64,000 nucleotides of DNA from Chiloscyllium plagiosum (lineage: Eukaryota). Numbering within the stretch: the stretch's first letter is position 1; each line of letters starts with the position of its first letter. Made by a program: the position numbers and the translations under genes. This document shows, piece by piece, positions 12,609-27,059 of the stretch. The notes beneath the pieces were generated by a model. That model worked only from the letters and a program-made list of their open reading frames with translations, did no database searches and had not been told where the DNA came from. Where the stretch lies: assembly GCF_004010195.1 (NCBI RefSeq), contig NC_057755.1:10394954-10458953 (forward strand). The letters are read 5' to 3'.

Positions 12609-13795
12609 TAAAACTCACACAGCACCAGGTTATAGTCCAGCAGATTTATTTGTAAGCACTAGCTTTTGGAGATCTGCTCCTTCTTCAGGTGGTTGTGAAG
12701 CAGGACCAGAAGACACAGAACTTAAAGAAAAAGATTACAGTGATATGAAGTAAAATGATATATTTAGCAAACCTGAACTGTTATTATGTAATTCATGTTT
12801 CATAATGGGTTACAGGTTTTGGTTCATTAATATGTAATTCCCAGAACTTCTTTTAAGGCACATTCTCAAAATAACTTAAGTGTTTATTTAAAAAATGCAG
12901 ACATCTCAGCTTAGACAATACATTAAAGGTGAGATTAGAGTCTGACTGTATCCCAATCTTAAATTAGATTGCTTCCCTTTCCAAAGTGGAATTTGCAAAA
13001 TATTATATGGATTAACTGACTGCATTGACTGCTTAGATGTTGTGCATTCTTTGAGCAAAATAGAATGCATCTGTAAATATATTTCTGCAAATACACGTTT
13101 GTGGGGTAAATTTGTATGTGTGTGTGTGTGCAAGGGAGAGAGAGGGAGAGAGGAGAGAGAGAGCATGTGAGTGTGAGTGCGCATGAGACATTGTGTGTTT
13201 GCGTCTGTGCAAGCTTGGCAAAGTGTGTGTCAGTGTCACTGGGTATAAGCATGTGAGGAGTGCGTGTGTGGGGTATGTGCATGTGCGTGCATGTGTGTGA
13301 GAGAGTGCAGACACTATGACAACGGATGAATGGACACCGCATAAAAATCATCAGACAGGGTGTTCCCTCCCAGTCGAGGAGCACTTCTGTGGTGAGGGAC
13401 ATTCGGCCTCTGATCTTCGCATGACCATCCACCAAGACGGACTTTGGGACAGGTCACAACGCAAACTGGCCGAAAAGAGGATGACATCAACCGGTATCTT
13501 GCATGCATGTCACACTACAGGTGACACCTCTGCAGTATAATCTCTCCCTCTCTCACACACACACATACACACATGCAAACACATTCTTACATCCTCACAC
13601 ACTGACGCTCTCTCACATACATACATCCCCCACACTCACGCCCACACATGCAGCCTTTCACAAGCTTATGCACCATCACACTCTCTCACACACACACTTT
13701 ACCAAGCTTGCACACACACACAATAGTACTCTCTCACCTGCACTCACACTCTTACACACTCACTCACATGCGCACACCTCTATCTCTCCTTCAGC
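12609..13795. mobile_element. Non-autonomous PLE derivative with (CA)n-rich tracts in inverted arrangement
   Basis: Terminus similar to 36983-37110; GIY-YIG C-terminal remnant (CSLPVEEHFCGEGHSASDLR) 13315-13500; TG-rich 13115-13310 versus CA-rich 13540-13790; degenerate hammerhead on - at ~12655-12692. Confidence 0.7.
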
Positions 13796-14044
13796 CACGC
13801 AAACAAATAAGGAACATGTCAAGGAGTAATGGAAGTATTACAGTGTTTCAAATTTTCGTCGAGAGTAAATATGTCAATGTTAGAAAGAAGCTGCTTCACG
13901 CAAATTGTATTAAAGAAGTTTAAACTCAAGACAGTGTCAGTTAATGCACAAGCAGCACCCAGCAATCTCCTTCTTCTGGACTCTGTGAAGATCACTCACG
14001 CACACAGGCAGTCACAGCTTGGTCGCTCTCTTCTATGGACTTGA

Positions 14045-15410
14045 GAATGCAGTGCTGGAAAAACACAGCAGGTGTGGCAGCATGAAAATCAACGTTTTGG
14101 TCAGAAGCCCTTCATCAGGACTGACGCTGTGAGCCGAGGTGGTGGTGAGATAAATGGGAGGGGGTGGGGCGGGTGGAAGTCTAGCTGAGAGCGCAATTGG
14201 TGGATGGACGTGGGCTAATGGTGATATCTCAGAGGGGAGTTTGGAGCCGATAGGTGAGAAGGAAGATGGACAGGTAGGGCAGGTTATGAGGGTGATACTG
14301 AGTTGGCAATGTAGAAGAGACCACATCGGGAGCAATGGACACAGTAAATGACATGTGAAAGTGCAGGTGAAACTTTGATGGATGTGGAAGGCTCTTTTGG
14401 GCCATGGATGGAGGTCAGGCACGAGGTGTGGGCACAGGTTTTGCAACTCCTGCGGTGGCAGGGGAAGGTGCCAGGAGGGGAGGGTGGGTTGTTGGGGGGC
14501 ATGGACCTGACTAGGTAGTCACAGAGGGAACGGTCTTTACGAAAAGTGGATAGGGCTGGGGAGGGAAGCATAGGTGGTTGGGCAGAAATGACGGAGGATG
14601 GTGCAATGTATATAGAGGTTGGTGGCGTGGAAGGTGAGGACAGGGGGAGTTCTGTCCTTGTTGCAGTTGGAGGGGTGGGGTTCGAGGGTGGAGGTGCGGG
14701 ACGTGGATCAGATATGCTGGAGGGCATCATCAAGCATGTGGATGGGGAAATTGCGGTCTTTAAAGAAGGAGCCCATCTGGGACGTTCTATGGTGGAACTG
14801 GTCCTCATGGGAGCAGATGCGGTGGAGGTGGAGGAATTGGGAATATGGGACAGCATTTTTGGAGGAGGCAGGTGAGGGGAGGTTTAGTCCAGGAAGCTGT
14901 TGGAGCTGGCGGGTTTGTAGAAAATGTCAACGTTGAGTCAGTCACCATTGGTGGAGGTGTGGAGGACAAGGAAGGGGAAGGAGATGTCTGAAATTGTCCA
15001 AGTGGAATGTTTTGGTCAAGTTGATGAACTGTTTGGAGCAGGAAGTGACACCGATACAGTCATCAGTGAAGTGGAGGAAAAGGAGGGAAATACAGCTGGT
15101 GTAACTGTGGAAGATGGATAGTTCCACGTAACAAACAAACAGACAGGCATTGCTGGGGCCCACGAGGGTGCTCACGGCAACCCCATTTGCCTGGAGGAAA
15201 TGGGGGCATTTAAAAGAAAAATGATCGAGGGTGAGGACCAGAAGAGCCAAACGAATGAGTTTCAGTGGAAGAGTATTGGCGGGGACGTCAATCGAGGAAG
15301 AAACCGAAGCCTTGAAGGTCCTCGTCATGGCGATTGGAGATGAATAGGGACTGGAAGTCCATGGTGAAAATGAAGCATTGAGGGCCAGAGAAAGGAAAGT
15401 CTTTTTGTAA
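14045..15410 (-). mobile_element. Penelope-like element (RT C-terminus + GIY-YIG), decayed
   Basis: PGTFPCHRRSCKTC, HVIYCVHCSRCGLFYI, NGVAVSTLVGPSNACLF; degenerate hammerhead on - at ~14090-14120. Confidence 0.85.
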
Positions 15411-15413
15411 CTG

Positions 15414-15422
15414 GCACACACG

Positions 15423-15461
<39 letters not shown>
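15414..15461. repeat. (CG)n(CA)n microsatellite
   Basis: Direct reading. Confidence 0.9.
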
Positions 15462-16058
15462 CAGCAACTGTAATTATTCCAAATATTCAGGGATGATGGG
15501 TCGTGCTTCTACTCATCCTATAAGAAACGTTTGCTAATATTGAGGCACATCATTGAATGTTGAGCTGTTTCATCTCCACTCTTACTAAAATACATGATTC
15601 TGAAGGGAATAATCAGGATGAATGCTAATAAGATTAGGAGCGAGAGTGATGATAAAATTAACAAAGCGGTATGAAGTTAGGCAATAAGCATTTTTTTCTT
15701 TAAGATGATTGAATTTTCTTTCCCACAGTCAGGTGGTTCCTGTGGCATGGAATACTTTGTGGGCTTTGCTGTGTTTGTTTACCGAAATGGAAAAGTATTC
15801 AAGTATTTTGGGAAACGGTGCTTGAGAAAATAATAATATCAGCTATGGTCTTACTGAATAGTCCTCTCTTGGTCTTGAGCTGACATATAGAGAATTCCCT
15901 GCTGAGAGTCTAGTGGAATTGGAATATATTCTGACATTGTACGTGAACTGAAAGAAATTGAATTCCAAGCATCAGTAACATTTGGAAAATGCTCAGTTTA
16001 TTTGAACACCAAATAGTACAGTTCATAACATACTGTATAATTTACAGAAATCAAAAGA

Positions 16059-16155
16059 ATGGAGTCGGACATTAGCGCTTTCCTCTGGTTCATGTTTGCA
16101 GTATCATCATGCATTGCGACAGAAACAGACATTGGGATTTCCAACAATGAAAAAG
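16059..16155 (+). CDS. Candidate first coding exon A1 (exon 16048-16155): MESDISAFLWFMFAVSSCIATETDIGISNNEK, signal-peptide-like
   Basis: tttacag| acceptor, AAG|GTAAAA donor, 108 nt, phase 1, Kozak agaATGg; length, ATG position and splice sites all conserved in the paralog at 29153-29260. Confidence 0.55.
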
Positions 16156-16384
16156 GTAAAACCACACTTTTGCTGAAGATGTAGCTGAAATCTATTTCAA
16201 AGCATCCAAAAATGCAAATGTCCAAAATCATGAAGATAATTGCAAATATCTGTAATGCCTTTTTAAATGATTCTACCTTACAGCTAATTTGGCGAATGCA
16301 TTGTTTCTTCCTGGATGATTTTCTTTACAGAAGCTAACATTTCGTAGATATTTCTCACTTTCAAAATCCTTCTTTGTGTCTGTG

Positions 16385-17460
16385 GTAGCAGTGGTGGGTG
16401 GATGCGGGTGATTCCAGAACGTAGGTGAGTCCAAGCCCTAAAGTTATTGAACTCGATATTGAGTCCAGAAGGTTGCAGGGTCCCCAACCAGAAAATGAAG
16501 CATTGCTTTTCCAGCTTGTGCTGGACTTCGCTGGAGCCTGACACAGAGATATTGACCAGGTAACAGGGTGGTGCGTTGGAACGGCAGGCGGTTGGAAGTT
16601 GAAGGGTATTTTTACATGCAGAACTTAGGTGTTCTACAAAGGGCTAATCCAGTCTACGCTTCGTTTCCCTTATGTAGAGGAAAGCACATTTTGAGCAGCG
16701 AATGCAGTAGTCTCGATTCCGAGAACTGCTTCACCTCAAAAATATGTTTGGGCCCTGAGATACTGAAGAGGAAGGAGGTAAATAGTTATGTGTTGCACCT
16801 TTGGCATTTGCAGGAGAAGGTGTTGTGGAGCTTTGGATGGGTATTGGAAGTGAAGGGGGAGTGGTCTAAGGTGTCCCAGAAGGACCAGCCCTGTGGAAGG
16901 CAGACAAAGGAGGGGAGGGGGATCTGTGTCACATGGTGACATCTTGCTGGTGGTGGAAGAAATGGTGGCTGATGGTCTTCTGGATGTGGATGCTGTTAGG
17001 ATAATAGGTAAGGACAAGTGGAAGCCTGTCACTGTTGTGGGAACGACGTGGGGAGGGGGCAATGGGAGAAGTATGGGAGATGCGTCGGACCTGGTTGGGA
17101 ACACAGTCAACAACAGTGTTGGGGAATCCTCGTTTGACAATTCGGAGGCTTCCTTTTCTATGTTGTCCACATCAGAACATATGCGATGGAGATGGGGAAC
17201 TAGGAAAATGGAATAGAGACTCTACAGAAAGCAGGATGCAAGGATGCACATGTTCCTCTCCTTGTCATTTTCCCAACAGGATGCTATTAGTCCATGTACA
17301 CCTTACCCCCTTCCCCCATCTATTCTCTGCATAAAAACTGACATTTTGCTAGCTACTGTTTGTTCTGCGGATGGGTCACAAGATGTAAAATGCTAACTCT
17401 GTTCACGTATGCCGCCAAACCTGTTGGTTTTCTCCAGCAATTTCTCTTTCTCTTAAAGTT
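16385..17460 (-). mobile_element. Penelope-like element fragment
   Basis: QHKLEKQCFIFWLGTLQPSGLNIEFNNF (GIY-YIG C-terminus); inverted pseudo-LTR remnant ~17290-17450. Confidence 0.8.
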
Positions 17461-18060
17461 TGATTCCTCTTTCCTGGGGCAATCAATGTTATGCACATTC
17501 ATGGTCTAGCGGTGTTGCTGCCTTTTAATTCTATAAGCAGTGTTTGGGAATATTAAACGCATATCAGTTTAATGTTTGGAGGTTTCACCCTCAGTCTTAT
17601 TAAAAGCACATGATTCCGAAGAGAAACGACAGAATCAATAAGATGTTTAAACTCTTTAGATGTTCTGAATTTATGATAAACTCGACACTGCAGCATAAGA
17701 TTATTTTCTTCAAGACGATTGAATTTTGTTCACCAGCGGAAATTGGATCCTGTACCATGAAATATGTTCAGAGATTTGCTGTGCTTATTTATCAGACAGA
17801 AAACTAGTCAAGCAATTTGTGAAATGGAGCTTGAGGAAATAATAATGTCAGCTAATGTCTTATTGAATAGCGCTCTGTTGATCTTGACATGACAAATAGA
17901 GATATCAATGCTGACAGACCTTTGGTATTAGAATATACTGAATGTGGATATTGTGGGAGAATTAAAATAACGAGAATTCAGTGCATTAATAACATTTAGG
18001 AAATGCTCAGATGATTAATATTTGAAAACCAACAATGAAGCCATGCTCCATAATCTGAAG

Positions 18061-18165
18061 TAAACAAAATAATTAAGTGTGAAATGAGGGAATTCCTCTG
18101 GATCACGTTTGAAGCACTGTTATGAACAAAAAGAGATCTTGCCACTTCCAGTGTTGAAAAATGGA
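18061..18165 (+). pseudogene. Dead duplicate of exon A
   Basis: Aligns to A1/A2 but ATG>ATT, in-frame TGA, donor GT lost. Confidence 0.5.
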
Positions 18166-18847
18166 AAACTACTCATTTGATGAAGAATAGATGACATATT
18201 TTTCACACCATTCAATACTGCAAATATTCGAAAGCGTGAAGGTGATTGCAATGACAAGGAACACAGTTCTTATCGATGACTCTATCTTGAAGCTAATTTG
18301 ACAAACACATAATTTCATCCTGTATGCTTTTGTTTACAGAAGTTAACATTCACGTAAACATCCTCACTTCTGAAATTTTCGTTAGCGAATGCAATTCCAA
18401 AATATATGGAAGGTAAACCAGGTTGAAGTTTTCTTGAAAATATCATGTTATTTTGGGATGTAGTGTTACATTTCTGGACAAATGTGTTTAACTATGCATC
18501 ATCTTTTCCTTGCTGAAAATTTGTTTCTGCATCTCTCTGTGTGTATTTTTCTTTAGTTAGGATCTTTCAATCTCTCTATGTGTAGGGCTGTTTCCAAGAC
18601 GCCACGGATTTCTCAATATTACAGATGCAAATCCAATTCTGAAATATAAAGAAACTTCTGCCTCCCAATCGACCCATTGTTATGTATAATTGTTGCAAAG
18701 GGACTCCGAGATATTAAATCAAACCTGGAATCTGAGCTCGTTCAAGGTCTGGGATAAAATGAACAGATGAATCAGTCTGAATTAAATGTAAAAGTAAAAT
18801 AAACTAGATGGATGGCTACTGATTGAATGACGTTCTATGTTTTACAG

Positions 18848-19030
18848 GACCTGAAGCTACTGCAGGAAAGGGTGAAGTCAACATCATTTTGATGCTTGTT
18901 ATCATAGCATCTTACATACCTACAGCAATACGCTCTGAGGAACATTACTATTCAAAGCAAAAAGGACATCACAGAATTGCTTCTGAAGAAGATCCATTGC
19001 AATACCCTTTGCAAACAAATGATGTTAAAG
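18848..19030 (+). CDS. Candidate exon B1 (183 nt): GPEATAGKGEVNIILMLVIIASYIPTAIRSEEHYYSKQKGHHRIASEEDPLQYPLQTNDVK
   Basis: ttttacag| and AAG|GTACAG; phase 1-1, open, in frame with A1; paralog B2 differs by a net in-frame 12 nt. Confidence 0.5.
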
Positions 19031-19414
19031 GTACAGTGAATAAGAGAAGCATTAATTTTTTTCTCAAACTGTTTATAATCCTAAGCATCATTTCGATAAT
19101 TAACAGGAATCAAAAGATAGTCTATTTTGAGTATGCTCCTTTGCTCTTCTGTTTAACAGAATGTATCTATTTTTTCCTCTTAACAAATGAGGCACGCACT
19201 CACGTTTTACATTGAAATTTACATATAGAGGTACGTCAGCGTTGATTAGTTTTGTTGAGTGTGCAATTTCTATTCGACACTGGTGAGAAAGTAGCAGGCT
19301 ATGATATAATTTCGAAGTTGCAGTTTTGTGATTTATGCAATTCTTCAGTCTGACATTAAATTTACATGCATGTATGTCAACAAGTTCCGAAATAAGAAAT
19401 GAAATATATTTGAG

Positions 19415-20414
19415 ATTGTTTCTTTAGTTTTTTGTTCTGTTTTTATTTGTTGTAGGACATGAGCTTCACTGGCTGGCCATCATTTATTACCCACCCCTTG
19501 TTGAATTTAACAAGATGGTGGTGAGGTGCCTCCTTGCACACTGCAGTCCACCTGTTGTGGATTAACGACAATACCGTAGGGGAGGGAATTCCAGGATTCT
19601 GATCCAAAGAGAGTGCACAGGATGATGACATATGTCCAAGTCAGGATGGTCAGTGGCTTGGAAGTGAACTTGAAGTTTTTGTTGTTTCCATATATCTGTT
19701 GCTCTCATCCATTTAAATGGAAATAGTTTGCAGTTCAGAAGATATTATCTGAGGATCTTTGGTTAATTTCTATGGTGCATCTTGGAAATAGTATGTACTT
19801 CTGCTTCTGAGCATTAGTGGTGGAAGGAGTGGATGCTTATGGATGTGGTGCGAATCATGTGAGCTGCTTTGGTCTGGATGGTGTAAATTTTCTTGAGTGT
19901 TATTGGGACTGAACTCATCCAAGCAAGTGGCGAATATCTTATCACACTCCAGATTTGTGACATTTAGATGGTGGACAGGTTTTGGAGACTCAGGAGGTGA
20001 GTTACATACTGCAGTATTTCTAGCCACTAAACTATTCTTTTAGCCATTGTGTTTATGTGGTGATTTTCTGATTAGTGATAACGATCAAATATTTGATAGC
20101 AGAGGATTAAGTGATACGACACCATCGAATGTCAAAGGACAGTGTCGAGATTGACGAGATTTGTGATGGCCATAGCCTGGCATTTGTTTGGCACAAATGT
20201 CACTTGCCACCTGTTAGCCCAAGCCTGAATATTTTCCAGATCTTTTGTGCATTTGGTCATAGACTGCTTCAGTGTGTGAGAAGTTGTGAATGGTGTTGAA
20301 CATTGCACAATAATCGGCAAACAGCCCCACTTCCTACCATATTATGTAAGAAAGGGCGTGAAAAGGCAGGTGAAGTTGGTTTAGTATAGGATACTACCCT
20401 GAGATACCTTTGAG
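19415..20414 (-). mobile_element. Old CR1/L2-clade LINE 3' fragment
   Basis: DLENIQAWANRWQVTFVPNKCQAMAI; flanking TTTGAG direct repeat (19409-19414, 20409-20414); splits the 66-nt exon homolog of unit 1. Confidence 0.75.
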
Positions 20415-20785
20415 TGATGTAAATACAGATGTAAACGATATTCTGAAAGATAAGTGTCAAAATGTAAAGTGCTGAACGTGTTCTCATTACTCCCATAAAA
20501 AATACTCCAATTGGGGTACTGTTTTAAACAAGAATGAGAGTCATGGGTTACTTTCTGCAAACTGTAATGCAATTGGTGTGCAGGAATTCTAAGGCAAAAT
20601 AGAAATAATTGCTGAATTTATTGCTTACAAGTACGTCAGAAACCATTTAAACTAGAATTTTTTAAAAGTTTTATTACCTAAATCTATTTGAGATGATTAA
20701 TTTTCAATAAATGTAAGCAATGGCTGCAGGAGCATTTATAGTTTCAATTCAATCCATTTGAGTTCGCTCTTTGCTTTCTAATCAG

Positions 20786-20814
20786 AAAACGAAATCAGGA
20801 AAGAAATGCTGTAA
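20786..20814 (+). CDS. Possible terminal coding exon of unit 1 (ENEIRKEML*)
   Basis: Acceptor ctctttgctttctaatcag|, phase 1; paralogs (e.g. 32919-33001) do not conserve the reading. Confidence 0.25.
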
Positions 20815-21772
20815 GGGAAATCAAGTTCAAATGCTTAGAATGCAAAATCAGCGTAGATCCTGATGACTGGGGAAAGATACAAAAAAACAAACAGCCACAA
20901 TCTATTTAAAGGAATTATGAAAGAAAAATTGCCACTGACTTCAAAATGATAAGAAATTTTATATTTACATAAAACAAGATGAGGAGCAATCTTGTCTCAT
21001 TAGGGAATGACAGTGCGGTATTTTAATGACTATGGGGAAAGGACAGACATGTTGAACAATTCATTTCCTCATTATTTACAATTTAAAAATGCCATTTTGT
21101 GAAATATGAATTATCTTCCTCAGTTCGTCAATCACAAAGACAATGATAGGTCAAGCTATTTAGCAGCACGTGGAAGTTGTAGATATTGGTTCGCTTACAA
21201 CATTTGAAAAAACACTTGGAGATGTATATGAATAGAAAAGGTTCTGAGGTATATGAGCTGAACGCAGGTGAATGGGATTGGTTTAATTTGTGAAACGAGT
21301 TGGATCATAGCGTCTGTTTCTGTGCTGTATAATCATATGACTGTAACTGTTAATCATATGTCAGATCTGCGTAACATTTTATTTCTCCCCCTCTAACGCG
21401 ATATAAGAAACTATCAATGAGGTTCCTTCGATTTTTACATTGAATATAAATGTGATTAAAGCGTTGTTATGTTCCGACCCAGCATCAGGTCGTGAAATGT
21501 ATGTGCAGAAGATACAAGGCAAAGTGACAGGAAACATCAAATATTTATCTCAGGAATAGTAAGGGAAGGATAACCAGTAAGACATGTTTATTCCACGAAA
21601 ATACTGATTATATTTGGGTTCCATGGCAATCAGCTTTCATACACATTCTTTTTAAGTTACCTGTATAGTATTGAATGTGTGGACCAATTCAGAAAATTGG
21701 AAACAATACAGAAATGATGCGTTAGTTTATAATGAAAATTTCTGTCTGCAGGACGTGTTTCAGCCAGTTAAA

Positions 21773-24220
21773 CCATAAGACCATATGACATAGGAGCAGA
21801 ATTTAGGACATGCCACCATCGAGTTTGTTCTGCAATTCAATCATGGCTGATAGGTTTCAGAAACCCATTCTGCTGCTTTCTCCCTATAACCCTTAATCCC
21901 CTTGATCCTCGAGTACTAATCTACCTCAGTCTTAAACATACTCAATGACCTGGCCTCCACAGCCTTATGTGGCAGTGAACAGATTCCATAGATTCACCAC
22001 TGTCAGGATGAAGAAGTTTCTCTATATCTCCCTTCTACTTTCTCTATAAGGCTCTACCCTCGGCTTCTGTTCTCGGCTCTCAATGGAAAAGTCTTCCCAA
22101 CATTCACGCTGTCCAAGTCATTTAGTATTCTACAAGTTTCAATTAGATTCCTCCTCCCCATATCCTTCTAAACTCCATGGTATATAACCAAGAATCCTCA
22201 AAGGTTCCTCGTATGTCAAGCATTTCATTCCTGTGACCATTCTCGTGAAATTCTTCTAAACACAGTCCGGGTTCAGTGCATCCTTCCTCAAATATAGGGC
22301 CCAAAACTACACTCAATGGTCCAAATTTGTTCTGACCAGAGCCTTATAGAGTTTCAGAAGTACATGCTTGCTTTTATTTTCATGCCCTCCAAAATTAAAT
22401 TCCATCATTACATTTGCCTTCCTAACTACTGATTCAACATGTAAGATTACCGTGAGAGAATCTTGGACCAAAACTCCAAAGTCTCTTTGCACGTCCGACA
22501 TCTGACTTCTCCCCATTTAGAAAATGGTCCATGCTTCTATTCTACTTACAAAGTGCATGACCTCACACTTTCCCACGTTGTCCTCCATCTGCCACTTTTT
22601 TAACCTACTCTCTTGACCTGTCTGAACCCTTCTGCAAACTCTCCGCCTCTCCAATACTACCAGTTTCCCCACCCATATTTGTATCATCTGCAAAAACCCA
22701 GCCTGAATGCCGTCAGTTCCTAATCTAGATCATTAATGTATGAAGTGAAACGTTGTGGTCCCAACACTGAGCCTTGCGGAACACCGTTTGGCACTGGCTG
22801 TCATCCTCGGAACGATCCTCTTTTCCTCCACTGCCATTGTTCTACCAGACAGGAAAGCTTCTATCCAGTCTGGTACCTCGTCTCTGAACGATTGCCCTTA
22901 TCTTACTCAGTAGTCTTCGGTGTGGCACCTTGTCAAAGGCCTGCTTAAAGTACAATAGATAGCATCCATTAGTTCAACTTAGTCTTAACTGCTATTTACT
23001 TCGTCAAATAATTCTAGCACATTTCTCAGGCATGACCGCTCCTTGATGAAACCATGCTGATTTTGCCCTACTTTATCATACAATTCCAAGTTTTTAGAAA
23101 TCTCACCCTTGACAATGGATTCCAGGATCTTACCCACAACTGAAATTAGGCTGATGGGTCTGTAATTCTCCGTCTTTTGCCTCACTCCATTTTTAAACAG
23201 GGGTGCCATTTCCAGTCCTCCAAGACCCTCCCTGACTCTAGCGATTACTGAAAGGTCACCACTAACACCTCTACTATGTCTTCAGCTATATCGCTTAGAA
23301 CTCTGGTTTGTAGTCCATCTGGTCCAGCTGATTTATCCACCTTCAGGCCATCAAGTTTTTGTAACACATTCTCCATGATAATGGCCATAATACTCAGCTC
23401 TGCTCCCTCACTCTCTTCATGTTTTTGGATATTACTCATGTCTTGCATCGTGAAGACTGATGTGAAGTTATTATTCAGTTCCTCCACCGTTTCTTGTTGC
23501 TGACTACTATCTCTCCACTTTCATTATCCAGTGGTCTAATATCCGCTTTTGCTTCCCTTTTGCCCTATATGTATCTAAAGAAACTCTTACAGTCTTCTTT
23601 TGTATTATTGGTTCACTTACCCTCACGGTTAAACGTCTCCCGTCCTTTTTTGTTGCGTTCTGTTGGCCTGTATAAGCTTCACAATCCGTTTGTTTTTCGC
23701 TGCCCTTCGCCACACTACATGATTTCTCTTTTGCGTGCATGCTATCCTTGACTTTCTTAGTCAGCTATGGTTGCTTCATCCACCCTGCGCAATGTGATTT
23801 TTTTTTGCCTCAGGATGAATCTCTGCTGTGTCTCCTGGACCTCCTGCCACTGCAGTTCCAATTTCTTTCCTGCCAGGTTGCTTTCCCAGTTAATTCTGCC
23901 CAGCTCCTCCCTCATGCCTCTGTACTTGCCTTTATTTATCTGTAACACCCCTACCACTGATTCTGTTTTCTCCCTCTCAATATGCAAAGTAAATTCAATC
24001 ATATTATGGTCACTAACTTCTCAGGGTTCCTTCAACTCTAGCACCTTTATCAATTATGCCTCATTGCCCAACAATGAATCTAGTATTGCCTGTTCTGTAA
24101 GACCATAAGACGTAAGACCATAAGACATAGTAGCAGAAATGAGGCATTCAACCTGTCGATTGTGCTTCACCATTCAATCATGTTTTTGAAACCCATTCTC
24201 CCGCATTATCCAAGTAAGCT
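21773..24220 (-). mobile_element. Decayed CR1 LINE (second subfamily; CATAAGAC-type tail) plus a second tail at ~24100-24215
   Basis: ENYRPISLISVVGKILE, KVDKSAGPDGL, LLKLYKALVR remnants. Confidence 0.85.
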
Positions 24221-24221
24221 G

Positions 24222-26984
24222 GTGCCTGGTGCTATGATATTGTGGCCATAACAGAGATATGGGTTTCTCAGGGGCAGGAGTGGTTGCTGGATGTTCGAGG
24301 GTTTCGAGCATTTAAATAGAATAGGGAGGGGGGAAGGGGAGGGGGTGTAGCACTACTAATCAGAGAGGGTATCACACCTACAGAAGCTTCTATTGTCGAT
24401 GAAGATCTGCCTACCGAGTCATTATGGGTGGAAATTAGGAACAGCAAGGGGGCAGTCACCTCATTAGGGGTTTACGACAGGCCCCCCAAGAGCAACAGGG
24501 AGATTGAAGAAAGCATAGGTCGGCAGATTTTGGAAAAGTGTGGACGTAGTAGGGTTGTTGTAATGGGTGACTTTAACTTTCCCAATATTGATTGGAACAT
24601 TCTTCAAGCAGAAGATTTGAATGGAGCTGTTTTTGTAAGGTGTGTTCAGGAGGGTTTCCTAACTCAGTACGTTTACAGGCCGACGAGGAGAGAGGCCATT
24701 CTAGACTTGGTGCTCGGAAACGAGCCGGGGCAGGTATCAGATCTTCCGGTGGGAGAGCATTTTGGTGATAAGTGACCACAACTACCTCACATTCTACATA
24801 GCTATGGAGACGGAGAGGATTAGGCAAAATGGGAGGATATTTAATTGGGGAAGAGGAAACTATGATGCTGTTAGGAAGCATGGACTAAGAGCAATTGTTC
24901 CATGGTAGAGGCACTATAGACATGTGGACACAGTTCAAGGAACAGTTGTTGCGAGTGATGAATAAATATGTCCCTCTGAGACAGGCAAGAAGTGGTAAGA
25001 TAAAGGAACCTTGGATGACGAGAACGGTGGAGAGTCTCATCAAAAGGAAGAAGGTAGCTTACATAAGGTGGAGGAAGCTAGGGTCAAGCTCAGCTCTAGA
25101 GGATTACAGGCAGGCGAGGAAGGTGCTCAAAAATGGTCTGTGGAGAGCCAGGAGGCGGCATGAGAAAGGCTTGGCAAAGTGGATTATGGAGAACACAAAG
25201 GCATTTCATACTTATGTGAGGAATTAGAGAATGGTCAAAGAAAGAGCAGGGCCGAACAGGGATAGCGTAGGGAACTTGTGTCTGGAGTCTGTGGAAGTAG
25301 GGGAAGCCCTAAATGATTTTTTTGCTTCTGTCTTTACAAAGGAAATTAACTTTGTAGTGAATTAAACCTTTGAAGAGCATGCTGGACTGGATAGAGATTG
25401 AGGAAGCTGATGTACTGAACATTTTGACAAACATTAAAATTGACAAGTCGCCAGGCCCGGACCAGATTTGTTCTCGGCTGCTTTGGGAAACGAGAAATGC
25501 AATTGCTTCGCCACTTGCGAAGATCTTTTCATCTCGCTCACCACTGGAGTCGTACCTGAGGACTGGAGAGAGGCAAAGGTAGTTCCTCTCTTCAAGAAAG
25601 AAAACAGGGAATTTCCCGGCAATTACAGACCAGTAAGTCTCACGTCTGTTGTCTGCAAAGTGTTAGGAAGGATTCTAAGTGATAGGGTTTATGACCATCT
25701 GGAAGAGCATGACTTGATTAAGTGCAGTCAACACGGCTTTGTGAGGGGCAGGTCATGCCTCACAAACCTTATCGAGTTCTTTGAGGATGTGACTCGAAAC
25801 GTTGATGAGTGTCGAGCTGTAGATGTAGTGTATATGGACTTCAGGAAGGGAATTTATAAGGTTTCTCTTGGTAAGCTCATTCAGAAGGTCAGGAGGAATA
25901 GGATACAGAGGAAGTTAGCTGTCTGGATACAGAATTGGCTGGCCAACAAAAGACAGCGAGTGGTAGTAGAAGGAAAGTATCCTGCATTGCAGTTAGTGGT
26001 GAGTGGTTTTCCACATGGCGCTGTCCTTGGGCCTCTACTGTTTGTAATTTTTATTAATGATTTGGATGAAGGGATTGAAGGATGGGTCAGCAAGTTTGCA
26101 GACGACACAAAGGTTAGAGGTGTTGTTGACAGTATAGAGGGCTGTTATAGGCTGCAGCGGGAAATTTACAGGATGCAGAGATGGGCTGAGAGGTGGCAGA
26201 TGGAGTTCATCCTGGATAAATGCGACGTAATGCATTTTGGAAGGTCGAATTTGAAAGCTGAGTGCAGGATTAAGGATAGGATTCTTAGCAGTGTGGACGA
26301 ACAGAGGGATATCGATGTGCAGCTACATAGATCCCTTAAAATTGCCACCCAAGTGGATAGGTTGGTAAAAAAGCATATGGTGTTTTGGCTTTCATTAACA
26401 GGGGGATTGAGTTTAACTGTCGTGAGATCTTGTTGCAGCTCTATAAAACTTTGATTCGACCGCACTTAGAATACTGCGTCCAAGTCTGGTTGCCCTATTA
26501 TAGGAAAGATGTAGATGCTTTGGAGAGGGTTCAGAGGAGGTTTACCAGGATGCTCCCTGGACTCGAGGGCTTACCTTATGAAGAGAGGTTGACTGAGCTC
26601 GGACGTTTTTCATTGGAGAAAAGGAGGAGGAGAGGGGACCTAATTGAGGTATACAAGATAATGAGAGGCATAGATAGAGTCGATAGCCAGAGACAATTTC
26701 CCAGGGCAGAAATGGCTAACACGAGGGGTCATGGTTTTAAGCTGGTTGGAGGAAAGTATAGAAGGGATGTCAGAGGCGGGTTCTTTACACAGAGAGTTGT
26801 GAGAGCATGGAATGCGTTGCCAGCAGCAGTTGTGGAGGCAGGGTCATTGGGAACATTTAAGAGACTGCTGGGCATGCATAGGTCACAGAAATTTGAGGGT
26901 GCATACATGAGGATCAATGGTCGGCACAGCATCGTGGGCTGACGGGCCTGTTCTGTGCTATATTGTTCTATGTTCTATGTTCTA
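24222..26984 (+). mobile_element. 5'-truncated CR1 LINE ORF2 (APE + RT), frameshifted
   Basis: VVMGDFNFPNIDW, ILDLVLGN, NYRPVSLTS, FADDTK; (TTCTATG)n tail at 26965-26984. Confidence 0.95.
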
Positions 26985-27059
26985 ACCCTGGATCCTCTTG
27001 ACACTCAAGAACTCTATTTCAATCATACATATACTCAGTGACCTACCTTCCACAGCCTT

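Noticed and set aside
12906..13923. His/Thr-rich ORFs
   Set aside because: Translations of (CA)n low-complexity tracts
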